The notes under the pieces: model-generated
What the model saw: the letters and a program-made list of their open reading frames with translations, nothing else
Database searches by the model: none
Told to the model about the DNA's origin: nothing
From: Eubacteriales bacterium
GTDB lineage: Bacteria > Bacillota > Clostridia > Oscillospirales > CAG-272
NCBI GenBank assembly: GCA_045602385.1
Contig: JAZSBL010000040.1
Location: 5,454 to 69,453 of the forward strand
Direction: 5' to 3'
DNA length: 64,000 nt
Translations under genes and position numbers: made by a program
Shown here: piece by piece, positions 53,369 through 63,091 of the stretch
Position numbering within the stretch: the stretch's first letter is position 1
Layout of the letters: each line of letters starts with the position of its first letter

Positions 53369-55891
53369 TTACTGCTCCTCGCGCTCCGAGAGCTTCATGA
53401 AATGCGCCGCCGCGTCGCGGTGGCCTGCGCTCGCTGCCATTCTGTAATAATAGAGCGCCTCGCGCTTATTCTTGACCCCCGAGCCGGTTCCTTCCTCACA
53501 GGCAAGGCCGTAGCTATACGCGGCGTCGGCATTTCCTTTATCTGCCGCCATTTTGAGCCATTTGACCGCTTCCGCGTCGTTTTCGGGAACTCCTACACCG
53601 TGGCGCAGGCACCAGCCGTAGCTATACGCCGCGTCTACGTTCGAAAGCTCCGCAGCGAAACGATAGCATCTTGCCGCCGCAGCCTCGTTCTTCTTTATGT
53701 TCTTGCCCTCAAAGAAGGTATCGCCGAGCTTATTCATCGCCTCGCCGAGCGTTGCCTTTGAATAAAGGCTATCCTCGTTCTCAGAGGCTCCGTCCGGTAC
53801 GAACATCGGTCCCTCAAAATATGCGTGCAGATCGCCGCCCATAGAATGGAGCTTGGCTATCTCGTTGTACGCGGGGGAATATCCCATTGAAGCGGCAAGC
53901 GAGATATACTCGAACGCTTCGACGTAGCTTTGCAGATTCTTAGAGTTGATTGCAAGCGACATTCCGTATCTGTACTGCGCCTTGATCTTCGATTCTGTAT
54001 AAAGCTTGAGCTCATCTGCAAATCTTTCGGGGAAGTCGTAGACTCCAATTCTTGGCTCATCATCGGAATTTACCGCCTTAAGATACCAGCTTTGCGCGTC
54101 CGCGCGGTTCTTCGGCACTCCTCTGCCTTGGTCGGAGAAGGTGCCCATCATCAGCATGGCGGGAACGTATCCGTGCCTTGCCGCGCGCAAGAAATGGCCT
54201 CTCGCGCCCGCGTATTCCGCCTTCATTCCTACTCCGTAGCCAACCGCGCATCCCATGCGGTACATGGCGTCCACACGGCCGCTCTTTGCCGCAGATTTAT
54301 ATAGCGCTCTCGCGCGCTTGGGGTCGGGGTCTGTTCCGATACCCTTCTCAAAGCACTGCGCAAGCGCAAGTCTCAGTGAGCAGTAACGCTCACTCTCATC
54401 GCCGATCTTGTCTGCCTGCTCGACGGCGTCGATAAAGCTATTTACCGCCGATTCGGGATCTGCCGCCGTTCCTACTCCGTAAAAGCAGCACTCGCCAAGC
54501 ATATACATCGCGTCTATGCTGCCAAGTCTGGCTCCCTTCAAGAACCACTCGTAGGCACGCTCATAATCTCTTGCGGTGCCTATCTCCTTAAGGTGGCAGA
54601 GTCCTATCTTATATGCCGCGTCTGCGCGGTTTTTCTCATCGGACCTGAACGCTCTGCAATAGTATATGTACGCGCTGTCGCTATCCTTCATTGCCCCATT
54701 GCCCTCAAAGAAGCAATTGGCAACCTCATACTCCGCAGGGGAATATCCGCCCTCCGCCGCAGAAGCAAACAGCTTATACGCCGCGGCTAGATTTTTCTTT
54801 GTTCCGATGCCCTCGAGCGACATCTTACCAGCCTCGTATTTCGCGGCGTTATGGCCAAGGTTTGCCGCGCGCATTGCCGCCTTATACGCTTTGTTGAAAT
54901 TCTGCTCCGTTCCAAGTCCTCTGCTATAGCAAAGCGAGAGCATATACAGTCCGGTGGGGTTCTTCGCGTTTGCCGCCGCCTTATAGTACTCAAACGCCTT
55001 GACGTTATCGACCTCGCAACCGTCGCCTATCTCGTATATTCTGCCAAGTCTGCAGAGAGCATTGGAGTTTCCAAGCTCTGAAGCCGCGCGGAATATCTCA
55101 ATTGCCTTTTCTTTATCCTGCTCTACGCCGTGGCCGTAAAAATAGCATCCGCCAAGATTATTGGCCGCGCCTGCGTGACCAAGATCATATCCCTTTTGAT
55201 AAAGGGTGTAGGCAAACTCGTAATTTATATCGCATCCCACGCCGAACTCGTAGCAGATGCCAAGCGCGAAGATGCAGTCGGCGTTGAATATCCTTGCTCC
55301 CTCGGAGAAATATTCAACCGCACTTTCCTCGTCCTGCTCACAGCCGAAGCCGCGCGCATAGCAAAGTCCAACGTTATAATATCCCTCTCCGTCCTGCATT
55401 TCCGCCGCCTTTTTATAGCAGTCAAACGCAAGCGCGGGATTGTAGATAATTGCGGTCTTATTAGAGTACAATTGGCCAAGGTACAAATAGGACAGGGCAT
55501 GGCCGTCTGCCGCGTTCTTCTTGAGAAGCGCAACACAATGGTCAAGGTCTACCTCGCCCGATTCAAGCAAAAGCACGGTTTCGTGGTAGAGTCGGCTTCC
55601 GTCATATTCCTTGTCGGTCTTTTCGGCCTTTTTATCCTCCGTGGGTGCTGCCGCGCTCAGGCTGCTCATATCAAGCTCATCCTGGTCGCCGTACGTGGGC
55701 ATGGTGCCAACGTCACCAAGCAGGTCGGAAAAATTGAGCTGTATGCCGTCCTCGGTGTATTCTTCGGGTGGGGTAAGCTCTATCTCGGGCTCGGGGGTCT
55801 CAGGCTCCCGTTTTTCCTCGCTCTTTTCCTCTGCACGGCGTGAATACAGTCCCATCTCGCTATCAAGAATGTCCTTTTCAAGCTTATTCAA
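53369..55891 (-). CDS. Sel1-like tetratricopeptide repeat protein (about 840 aa)
   Basis: Many repeats of the …A..(W/Y)Y.KAA..G...A...LG.CY..G.G…. type. Proposed TTG start at 55891, 8 nt after GGAGGA. The ORF as tracked (to 55954) would overlap proB by 41 nt. Confidence 0.8.
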   Translation of the reverse strand: MNKLEKDILDSEMGLYSRRAEEKSEEKREPETPEPEIELTPPEEYTEDGIQLNFSDLLGDVGTMPTYGDQDELDMSSLSAAAPTEDKKAEKTDKEYDGSRLYHETVLLLESGEVDLDHCVALLKKNAADGHALSYLYLGQLYSNKTAIIYNPALAFDCYKKAAEMQDGEGYYNVGLCYARGFGCEQDEESAVEYFSEGARIFNADCIFALGICYEFGVGCDINYEFAYTLYQKGYDLGHAGAANNLGGCYFYGHGVEQDKEKAIEIFRAASELGNSNALCRLGRIYEIGDGCEVDNVKAFEYYKAAANAKNPTGLYMLSLCYSRGLGTEQNFNKAYKAAMRAANLGHNAAKYEAGKMSLEGIGTKKNLAAAYKLFASAAEGGYSPAEYEVANCFFEGNGAMKDSDSAYIYYCRAFRSDEKNRADAAYKIGLCHLKEIGTARDYERAYEWFLKGARLGSIDAMYMLGECCFYGVGTAADPESAVNSFIDAVEQADKIGDESERYCSLRLALAQCFEKGIGTDPDPKRARALYKSAAKSGRVDAMYRMGCAVGYGVGMKAEYAGARGHFLRAARHGYVPAMLMMGTFSDQGRGVPKNRADAQSWYLKAVNSDDEPRIGVYDFPERFADELKLYTESKIKAQYRYGMSLAINSKNLQSYVEAFEYISLAASMGYSPAYNEIAKLHSMGGDLHAYFEGPMFVPDGASENEDSLYSKATLGEAMNKLGDTFFEGKNIKKNEAAAARCYRFAAELSNVDAAYSYGWCLRHGVGVPENDAEAVKWLKMAADKGNADAAYSYGLACEEGTGSGVKNKREALYYYRMAASAGHRDAAAHFMKLSEREEQ

Positions 55892-55913
55892 GTGTCGTAT
55901 CCTCCGTTCCCGT

Positions 55914-56699
55914 TTATTTTGCGGTGAAATATGTGCCGACGCACTCGCCGTCAAGTAATCTGTAAAGTATCTCCGGGTCGCTTCCGTTCATTATGAACAT
56001 TGGAATTCCGTTTTCCGTGACCATTCTCGCGGCGGTGAGCTTTGCTTCCATTCCGCCCGTTCCACGGTCGGTTCCCGCGCCGCCCGCAAAGGAGAGGATA
56101 TCGTCTATATTCTCAACTCTTGCGACAAGCCTGGCGTCGGGGTTCTTTCTGGGATCGCTGTCGTACAGTCCCTCAACGTCTGAGAGATTTATCAGTATCT
56201 CCGCGCGGCAAAGATTTGCAACGTGGGCGGAGAGAATGTCATTTCCTCCAAACTTGGTAAGCTCATCGGTGGACACCGCGTCGTTCTCGTTTACTATCGG
56301 GATACATCCCATTTTGAGAAGTGTATTGAACGTGTTTTCTGCGGCGGTACGGCGGACGGGATTGTCAATAACGTCGCGTGTCATGAGTATCTGCGCGACC
56401 TTGTGGCCGAACACCGAGAAAAATTTATCGTATATCTTCATAAGCTCGCTTTGTCCGATGGACGCCATCGCCTGCTTTTCTTCAAGCGAATAGGGTCTGT
56501 GACCGAGCGCCGATTTCGCAATGCCCGCGCTGACCGCGCCCGAGGAAACAAGCACTACCTCCATACCCGTGTTTTTAAGGTCCGAGAGCACCTTGACAAG
56601 CGTTTCTATTCTGCGTAAATTAAGCTGTCCCGTAGCGTGAGTGAGCGTGGACGAGCCTACCTTGACGACTATTCTTTTGCAATTTTTAAACAAGCCCAT
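55914..56699 (-). CDS. proB: Glutamate 5-kinase (short form without a PUA domain)
   Basis: …IVVKVGSSTLT…, …VLVSSGAV…, …NENDAVS…. 261 aa. Confidence 0.9.
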   Translation of the reverse strand: MGLFKNCKRIVVKVGSSTLTHATGQLNLRRIETLVKVLSDLKNTGMEVVLVSSGAVSAGIAKSALGHRPYSLEEKQAMASIGQSELMKIYDKFFSVFGHKVAQILMTRDVIDNPVRRTAAENTFNTLLKMGCIPIVNENDAVSTDELTKFGGNDILSAHVANLCRAEILINLSDVEGLYDSDPRKNPDARLVARVENIDDILSFAGGAGTDRGTGGMEAKLTAARMVTENGIPMFIMNGSDPEILYRLLDGECVGTYFTAK

Positions 56700-56793
56700 A
56701 AAAAATCCTCACTTTCGGGAAAAAATTTTGCAAAAGCCCTTTAAATATTTTGATTTTTGTATTATAATATATTAAGAAGGGCATCTTTTATTC

Positions 56794-56822
56794 ATTATAC
56801 AACAGTTTTTGCCCATTTTCAA
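56794..56822 (-). promoter_or_regulatory. Sigma-A promoter of proB
   Basis: The minus strand reads TTGAAA-17 nt-TATAAT. Confidence 0.65.
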
Positions 56823-56866
56823 GTATATTTTCAAAATAATTACATCACACATATCCGGAGGAATTT

Positions 56867-57391
56867 ATGAAAAAGAAATATTCGCTTTCTATCGCTGACG
56901 TTGAGCTTAATGTCACGGTTGACGAAGCCCCCGAGACAGTCGAATACATAGTAGGCGTTATTGACAGAAAAATGAGGGACATTCTTCTCAAGAGTAAATA
57001 CTGCCCCAAGACTCAGGCGGCGCTTCTTTGCGCGCTTGATCTTTGCGCAGACAAGGTAAAGGCGAAAGAGGAGATAGAGAAGCTTGAGGGCGAGATCGAA
57101 ACACTCAAGGCTGACCTCAAGGCATCCGACGACAAGTACGCTCGCGCGCAGAACATTTCTATTGCTCTTGAGGGCGAGAAGGCAAGACTTGAGATAGAGA
57201 ACATGAAGCTCCGCGCACTCCTTGACGAGGCAAAGCAGGGCGGCGAGGTTTCCGATGCCGATATAGCGGCGCTCGGTCTTTCCGCAGAGCCCGCTCCCTC
57301 TGAGGCTCAGGCTGAGCCCGATGAGGACAAAAAGGCGCAGAAGAGCCGAGTTGGAAGCATGTTCGATCTTCTTACCTTTGACGAGATCTGA
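56867..57391 (+). CDS. zapA: ZapA-like cell division protein with a coiled-coil and acidic tail
   Basis: The N-terminal roughly 60 aa (…YSLSIADVELNVTVDEAPETVEYIVGVIDRKM…) fit the ZapA fold pattern, followed by heptad-like EIEKLEGEIETLKADL. Confidence 0.5.
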   Translation: MKKKYSLSIADVELNVTVDEAPETVEYIVGVIDRKMRDILLKSKYCPKTQAALLCALDLCADKVKAKEEIEKLEGEIETLKADLKASDDKYARAQNISIALEGEKARLEIENMKLRALLDEAKQGGEVSDADIAALGLSAEPAPSEAQAEPDEDKKAQKSRVGSMFDLLTFDEI

Positions 57392-57395
57392 TAAT

Positions 57396-59435
57396 ATGAA
57401 TAAATTGCCTGAACTTTTAAGCCCTGCGGGATCATTTGAAGCGTTGAAGGCAGCAATAGATGGAGGCGCCGATGCTATATATATGGGAGGCGCCTCCTTT
57501 AATGCGCGCATAAACGCCGAAAACTTCGAGCGTGAGAGCATGCGTGAGGCAATAAAGCTGGCGCACGCCTACGGAGTTAAGCTCTATCAGACGGTCAACA
57601 TTATGGTCCTTGACAGGGAAAGGGCGGATTTTCTGAAAATGGCGGAGGATTCCGCGAGAGCGGGAATAGACGCGTTCATCGTTTCGGATTTGGGCGCGGC
57701 AAGGCTTCTGCACGAATATCTTCCCGACATCCCGCTCCACGCAAGCACTCAGATGAGTATACATAATGCCGCAGGCGCAAATCTGCTTGAGAACTACGGA
57801 TTTACCCGTGTCGTGCCCGCGCGCGAGCTATCCCGCGAGGACATCTCCCATCTTGTAAAAAACACCTCGCTTGAGGTTGAGATGTTTATACACGGCGCGC
57901 TTTGTGTAAGCCATTCCGGTCAGTGCCTTTTCTCCTCTCTTGTCGGTGGACGGAGCGGTAACCGCGGTCTCTGCGCGCAGCCCTGCAGACTCCCTTACGC
58001 GTGTGAGGGCGAGAGGGTGGGGAACAAATACCCATTATCCTTAAAGGATCTCTCTTTGGCAGAGCACATCGAGGATATTATAGATAGCGGCGTGGCTTCG
58101 CTTAAAATCGAGGGGCGAATGAAGTCGCCCGAATACGTGCGCGGCGTCACGGCGATATGGCGCGAGCTTCTTGACGAGGGCAGAAATGCGACGCGCGAGG
58201 ATATAAACAGACTTGCAGGTCTTTTCTCACGCGGTGGATTCACAGACTCATACTATAAAAGGACTGTCGGCAGGAGAATGCTCGGTGTGAGAAGCGCAGA
58301 GGACAAGCAGGCATCCCGTGAGATAGAAAAATTCAACAAAATAACAAGAAAAGTTCCGATAGATATGTCGGTGAAGATCCGCGAGGGCGAGGAGGCGGAG
58401 CTTACCTTGTCGCTTGGCGAGAGCGAAGTGACCGTCTCGGGAGCGGTTGCCGAAAAAGCGATAAACGCTCCGATCAGCCGAGAGAACGTGGAAAAGGCAC
58501 TCTCGAAGCTTGGGGATACTCCTTTTACGGTGGGACATTTTGAAGTGGAGCTTGGCGAAAACGTTATGATGCCGATCTCGGCACTCAATGCGTTGCGCCG
58601 AGATGGAGCGGAGAAACTACTTGACAAGGTGACACGCGTTGGAGAAGTAAAAAGCGGCAAATTGTCCTGTGAGAAGTGTCAGGGCACGCCCCGAAGGCGC
58701 AATATTGGCAGATTTTACTCCGCCGAACAGATCACCGAGAAGGCGAGAGATTTTTTCGACGTAGTATTGCTTCCGCTTGATAAATACGCGCACAGCGGTG
58801 CGCGCGCGGACGGATTTTGGATGCCTGAGGTGGTATTTGACTCCGAATGGACGGGCGTTGAAGGTATGCTTGCAAGGGCGGCGGAAAATTCACCCGAATA
58901 CGTTATAGTTTCAAATCTCGGACAAATTGAGGCGGTGAGAAGCCATTTGCCAAAGGCAAAGTTGATTGCCGATTTCAGATTTAACATAGGAAACAAGGAA
59001 TCCGCGCTGTTCTTTGAAAAGCTGGGATTTGACTCCTACGTTGCCTCAGCCGAGCTGACTATACCTCAGCTTCGTGATCTTAACGGCGCAAAAGCGGCGA
59101 TAGTTTACGGTAGAATGCCCTTGATGTTGCTTGAAAAGTGCGTTATCAAGGAGCTTTACGGCGACAGGCGCGGTTGCGCGGTATGCGCCGACGGCGGAGC
59201 GAAAATGACCGACCGCAGAGGCTTTGTTTTTCCTGTAATGCGCGCGGGAGAGCACAGAAATATCGTATTTAACAGTATGCCGACATATATGGCCGACAGG
59301 CAGGAGCAGCTCCTGGGAGCAGGTATAGTCGACCGACACTTTATTTTTACAGTTGAGAGCGGTGTCGAGATTGACGGTGTGATAGATGCATACAGGAAAA
59401 ACCTTGCCGCAAACGGAACGGTAAGACGAATATAA
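57396..59435 (+). CDS. U32 family peptidase (680 aa)
   Basis: N-terminal …ELLSPAGSFEALKAAIDGGADAIYMGG…FNAR… and …E.FIHGALCVSHSGQC… U32 signature region. ATG at 57396. Confidence 0.85.
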   Translation: MNKLPELLSPAGSFEALKAAIDGGADAIYMGGASFNARINAENFERESMREAIKLAHAYGVKLYQTVNIMVLDRERADFLKMAEDSARAGIDAFIVSDLGAARLLHEYLPDIPLHASTQMSIHNAAGANLLENYGFTRVVPARELSREDISHLVKNTSLEVEMFIHGALCVSHSGQCLFSSLVGGRSGNRGLCAQPCRLPYACEGERVGNKYPLSLKDLSLAEHIEDIIDSGVASLKIEGRMKSPEYVRGVTAIWRELLDEGRNATREDINRLAGLFSRGGFTDSYYKRTVGRRMLGVRSAEDKQASREIEKFNKITRKVPIDMSVKIREGEEAELTLSLGESEVTVSGAVAEKAINAPISRENVEKALSKLGDTPFTVGHFEVELGENVMMPISALNALRRDGAEKLLDKVTRVGEVKSGKLSCEKCQGTPRRRNIGRFYSAEQITEKARDFFDVVLLPLDKYAHSGARADGFWMPEVVFDSEWTGVEGMLARAAENSPEYVIVSNLGQIEAVRSHLPKAKLIADFRFNIGNKESALFFEKLGFDSYVASAELTIPQLRDLNGAKAAIVYGRMPLMLLEKCVIKELYGDRRGCAVCADGGAKMTDRRGFVFPVMRAGEHRNIVFNSMPTYMADRQEQLLGAGIVDRHFIFTVESGVEIDGVIDAYRKNLAANGTVRRI

Positions 59436-59442
59436 CACAAAA

Positions 59443-59470
59443 TAGCCGCCACCTTATATTGTGGCGGCTA
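59443..59470 (+). terminator. Terminator after the U32 gene
   Basis: TAGCCGCCAC-8 nt-GTGGCGGCTA followed by CGTTATTT. Confidence 0.65.
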
Positions 59471-59545
59471 CGTTATTTGGGCAAATTAAGTCGAGAAGAA
59501 TCTTTCGGTTTTCTATATAATATTGATACAAGGAGGTGAGCAGAA

Positions 59546-60421
59546 ATGGACGAACACATCGAAGCAGTTCAAAGAATGCAGGACTACATTGAGGCGCACC
59601 TTGATAAAAACATTACAATGGCTAACCTCGCAAACGTATCCAAGTATTCTCCGTGGTACTCATACAGACTTTTTGTGGATCTTATGCATATGACACCTGC
59701 GGTATATATCAGGCGTCTGAGATTATCTAAATCCGCACTCCGATTACGAGACGAAAAAGTAAAGATAATAGACGTTGCATTGGATTCCGGATTTGAGAGT
59801 GTGGACGGTTATCAGCGAGCTTTTTACAAGGAGTTTGGTTGTAATCCTTATGAGTACTCTGTGTGTCCTACTCCTATCTATCTGTTCAAGCCTTACGGTG
59901 TCAAATATGCAAACAGAAAGGACAAGAAAGAAATGAGCGAAGTAAAAAGTGTTTTTGTGCAAGTGATCGAAAAGCCGGAAAGAAAGGTCATCATCAAGCG
60001 AGGCAAGGCAGCAAAGCATTATTTTGAATATTGCGAGGAGGTAGGCTGCGACGTATGGGGCCTTCTTTGCAGTATCAAATCCATCAGCGGAGAGCCTGTT
60101 TGCCTTTGGCTCCCGTCAAAGCACATTCTTCCCGGTACGTCTGAATATGTACAGGGCGTCGAGGTGCCTACCGACTATTCGGGAATGATTCCCGACGGCT
60201 TTGACGTTATCGAGCTGCCGAAATGCAAATATCTTATGTTCCGCGGAGAGCCCTTTGCAGAGGAAAACTTTGAGGATGCGATCAGAGAGGTTTGGGAGGT
60301 TATCGAAAAATACAATCCGAGCATTGTCGGATATGATTGGGATGAATCCAATCCCCGCATTCAGCTTGAACCCATCGGAGCAAGAGGATACATCGAACTA
60401 CTTCCGATAAAGGACATTTGA
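59546..60421 (+). CDS. AraC family regulator with a GyrI-like effector-binding domain
   Basis: N-terminal HTH_18-type region (…ANVSKYSPWYSYRLFVDLMHMTPAVYIRRLRLSKSA…) and a C-terminal about 160 aa of SOUL/GyrI-like size. Confidence 0.8.
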   Translation: MDEHIEAVQRMQDYIEAHLDKNITMANLANVSKYSPWYSYRLFVDLMHMTPAVYIRRLRLSKSALRLRDEKVKIIDVALDSGFESVDGYQRAFYKEFGCNPYEYSVCPTPIYLFKPYGVKYANRKDKKEMSEVKSVFVQVIEKPERKVIIKRGKAAKHYFEYCEEVGCDVWGLLCSIKSISGEPVCLWLPSKHILPGTSEYVQGVEVPTDYSGMIPDGFDVIELPKCKYLMFRGEPFAEENFEDAIREVWEVIEKYNPSIVGYDWDESNPRIQLEPIGARGYIELLPIKDI

Positions 60422-60445
60422 AAAATTTCAATTTGTCTAACAAAT

Positions 60446-60479
60446 AAAAGCCACGGCTCAAAATTGAGCTGTGGCTTTT
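60446..60479. terminator. Bidirectional terminator
   Basis: 15-bp stem AAAAGCCACGGCTCA / TGAGCTGTGGCTTTT. Confidence 0.75.
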
Positions 60480-60516
60480 ATTTATACCGACATTACTTGA
60501 ACACAGGGAGTGCGTT

Positions 60517-61065
60517 TTATTCGTAAGGGTAGGTGTCAAGCAGGTTGAACTGCACGGCTAGGGCATCCCATGTCTCTCGGTCGACCTCGCCTGTGGCGGT
60601 CAATCTGTTGCGCGCCTGGAACTCGCGGATATTGGCGGCGGTTATCTCGTCGTATACTCCCGAGCTTGAAAGAATGGGGAATCGGTATATCTTTTCAAGC
60701 TCATCTAAGATATTCTGGACGGCGACCGAGAGAAAGCTTTTTTCGCCTAATTTGATGGTGTAGCCCACGGGTGTTCGCGGGAAAATGTCGAGTCTGATCG
60801 GCGGAGAATTGAGGGCGACAGACTTATCGTATTCCGCCTTTAATTTATCCCAGGTCTCTCTGTCCACTATACCTGTGGGGGCAAGGTCGTTTGCCACTTG
60901 AAAGGCAATTACCGACTCACGTGTCTCTCTGTCCCATATGCCGTCAAGCGGAGTGGTTGGTATATCGCTATTATGGAACGCAAGGTGGCGCAGATGGGTC
61001 TGTATCTGCGTTATCGCGTCTCGCTCAAAATCATTTGGAGCATTGTCTTGCATGTTTCTGTCCAT
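60517..61065 (-). CDS. Peptidoglycan-binding (PG_binding_1) domain protein, two repeats
   Basis: …ETRESVIAFQVANDLAPTGIVDRETW… and …ITAANIREFQARNRLTATGEVDRETW…. Confidence 0.75.
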   Translation of the reverse strand: MDRNMQDNAPNDFERDAITQIQTHLRHLAFHNSDIPTTPLDGIWDRETRESVIAFQVANDLAPTGIVDRETWDKLKAEYDKSVALNSPPIRLDIFPRTPVGYTIKLGEKSFLSVAVQNILDELEKIYRFPILSSSGVYDEITAANIREFQARNRLTATGEVDRETWDALAVQFNLLDTYPYE

Positions 61066-61068
61066 ATC

Positions 61069-62475
61069 TCAGCCTCCAATCGGCGCGCCCGGATACTGTC
61101 CTGTGCCAAGGCGGTTGCCGTTATACAGATCGGTATAAAGGTCGGTTATACCTCCCCAAACGACCGGCCCGACTATTCCCGACGGCGTGACGCCGTAATA
61201 ATTCTGGAATGCCACGACCGCGTCCTGCGTTCTCGCCCCAAAGAATCCCGTGGGATTTACGGGCGGTATCTCGCTGATATAGCGAGAAATATAATTGAGG
61301 TATTCCTGCAAAAGTCTTACCGAATCGTCCTCTACGCCAAGACGCAAAAAGACGCCGGGGAATGGCACCGTGTTGCCCTCGGTATATTGAAGCGGAATAG
61401 TTGCCACGATGCCGATATAGGCGTTATATATCGCGCGCCAGGTGTCCTCTCCGACAACTCCGTCGGTGGGAAGCCCGAACTCTCGCTGCGCCGCCCTCAC
61501 CGCCTCGGTGGTGGACGGTCCGAATATCCCGTCTATGCCGACGCGGGGGATCGAATTATAGAAGCTTGAGAGGTAGGAAAGGTAATATTGCAGCGCGCTG
61601 ACACCGATATTATTATCTCCCTGCCTGAGCGCACCGGGGAACTGCTGTGTTACGTCGGAGAGGGTCAACCCCTCGGAATTGAGGTCATTAAGGCGCTTTA
61701 CGCTATTGTATATCTGCTGTATTTGATACCAGGTCCTCTGCCCGACTATGCCGTCGGGGGTTAGATTGAATGCGCGCTGAAAGGCCTTGACCGCCTCCTC
61801 GGTATCAAAGGAGAACACGCCGAAGGGAGGGTTTATCTTGGGAATGGCAGGGTAGTTGTCGGAGATACGGTTGAGCCTTATCTGCAGAGTGCGCACATCG
61901 TCTCCCGTACTGCCGTTTTGAAGCGGGTATGACGGCACGTCGGCGGTCAGTCCGCGCACCGGGGCATCGGTGATAATATCTATGTTGTCTCCGTAGTAAT
62001 AGGTAAGTATTTCATAGGGTGTATAGCCCTGCTCGGCAAGAGTCACGCTACCCCACTGGGAAAGTCCGTTGCATTGCAGCTCTATGCCGTCGCAATACTG
62101 CGCGTAGAGCGGCTCGACAAAGCCTTGGCGGGATATATAGCTTGTGAAAAGCTCACGCGCCAGCTCGTTGACGTTTTCAAATATATCTCTGCCGTTGACA
62201 TAGGACTGGTCTATTGCAATCGAATTGGTTATGTCAAAATCGTAGCCGCGCGAGCGATAATACTGCGTATATATACGATTAAGGGCAAAGGATATCTGCG
62301 CGTATATATTGGCGCGAATGGCGTTTTCGGGCCAGGTGGGGTATATCTCGCTTGAGGCGACGTTGGCTATATAATCGGCGAAGGGAACTGTGACATTCGG
62401 CGCATCCGAGCTTGGCGGCCCCAAATGCACGGTTATATATTCCGGAATATACGGGGTGTTTGACTCAGGCATCAC
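61069..62475 (-). CDS. SpoIID/LytB-like N-terminal domain protein with three PG_binding_1 repeats
   Basis: N-terminal …VASSEIYPTWPENAIRANIYAQISFALNRI… resembles the SpoIID family. Three …G..V..LQ..LN…F(Q/N)..(F/Y)(N/G)L.(P/T)(D/S)G(I/V)VG..TW units follow. Confidence 0.7.
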   Translation of the reverse strand: MMPESNTPYIPEYITVHLGPPSSDAPNVTVPFADYIANVASSEIYPTWPENAIRANIYAQISFALNRIYTQYYRSRGYDFDITNSIAIDQSYVNGRDIFENVNELARELFTSYISRQGFVEPLYAQYCDGIELQCNGLSQWGSVTLAEQGYTPYEILTYYYGDNIDIITDAPVRGLTADVPSYPLQNGSTGDDVRTLQIRLNRISDNYPAIPKINPPFGVFSFDTEEAVKAFQRAFNLTPDGIVGQRTWYQIQQIYNSVKRLNDLNSEGLTLSDVTQQFPGALRQGDNNIGVSALQYYLSYLSSFYNSIPRVGIDGIFGPSTTEAVRAAQREFGLPTDGVVGEDTWRAIYNAYIGIVATIPLQYTEGNTVPFPGVFLRLGVEDDSVRLLQEYLNYISRYISEIPPVNPTGFFGARTQDAVVAFQNYYGVTPSGIVGPVVWGGITDLYTDLYNGNRLGTGQYPGAPIGG

Positions 62476-62915
62476 TCTTGCCCTCCCTTTCCCTCAAGAT
62501 TTCCGTTTTCGGTTTCAAAAAAGATATTTCCAAATGGGTCAAAGCTGTCGGTCTGCCCATTATCCGATATCGGTATCATATCCGCGTTTTGTATCGAGGT
62601 GATCCCATCAAAAACCGGCGCGTTGATGTAATTTTGCTGATAATAACCGTCCTTTGCCACCGCGATGTTATAGGTGAGGTAGCTTTTTCCGTTGCCCGGG
62701 CTCATTGAAAGCGCGCGGGGCGGTGCAGGGAGCGCGAATTTGTCGGTCAATCCCGACGCGTTTGTGGTGAGTGTGTAGATAGCATTTCCTCTTTCTTTTT
62801 CCTCCTCGGGGAGATAGTCACTTACCGTGACCGTCGCGCCCTCCAGGGGTATCGCCCCGCGCGCCGTAGTCACGCGGACTATCATATAGCCCATGCCGCT
62901 TGTGTCAGTATTCAT
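62472..62915 (-). CDS. Carboxypeptidase-regulatory-like (Ig/transthyretin-like fold) domain protein
   Basis: …GYMIVRVTTARGAIPLEGATVTV…LTTNASGLTDKFALPAP…Y.I.VAKDGYY… pattern. 4-nt overlap with the downstream gene. Confidence 0.55.
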   Translation of the reverse strand: MNTDTSGMGYMIVRVTTARGAIPLEGATVTVSDYLPEEEKERGNAIYTLTTNASGLTDKFALPAPPRALSMSPGNGKSYLTYNIAVAKDGYYQQNYINAPVFDGITSIQNADMIPISDNGQTDSFDPFGNIFFETENGNLEGKGGQE

Positions 62916-63002
62916 ATTAAACCTCCAAGGATACGGATTTCGTTTCTGTATTAGGGTATGCTTTTTTTCATCTCACCGTGAAAAATTTTTTCTGAAATCC
63001 TA

Positions 63003-63031
63003 TTGACAACGGGGGCGTTTAGTGATATAAT
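63003..63031 (+). promoter_or_regulatory. Sigma-A promoter of rpmE
   Basis: TTGACA-17 nt-TATAAT. Confidence 0.7.
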
Positions 63032-63091
63032 ATCTCTACTTGTGAAATCACTGCCAAATAACAGTGAAATAATTTTGTGAGGTAAAAAGAA

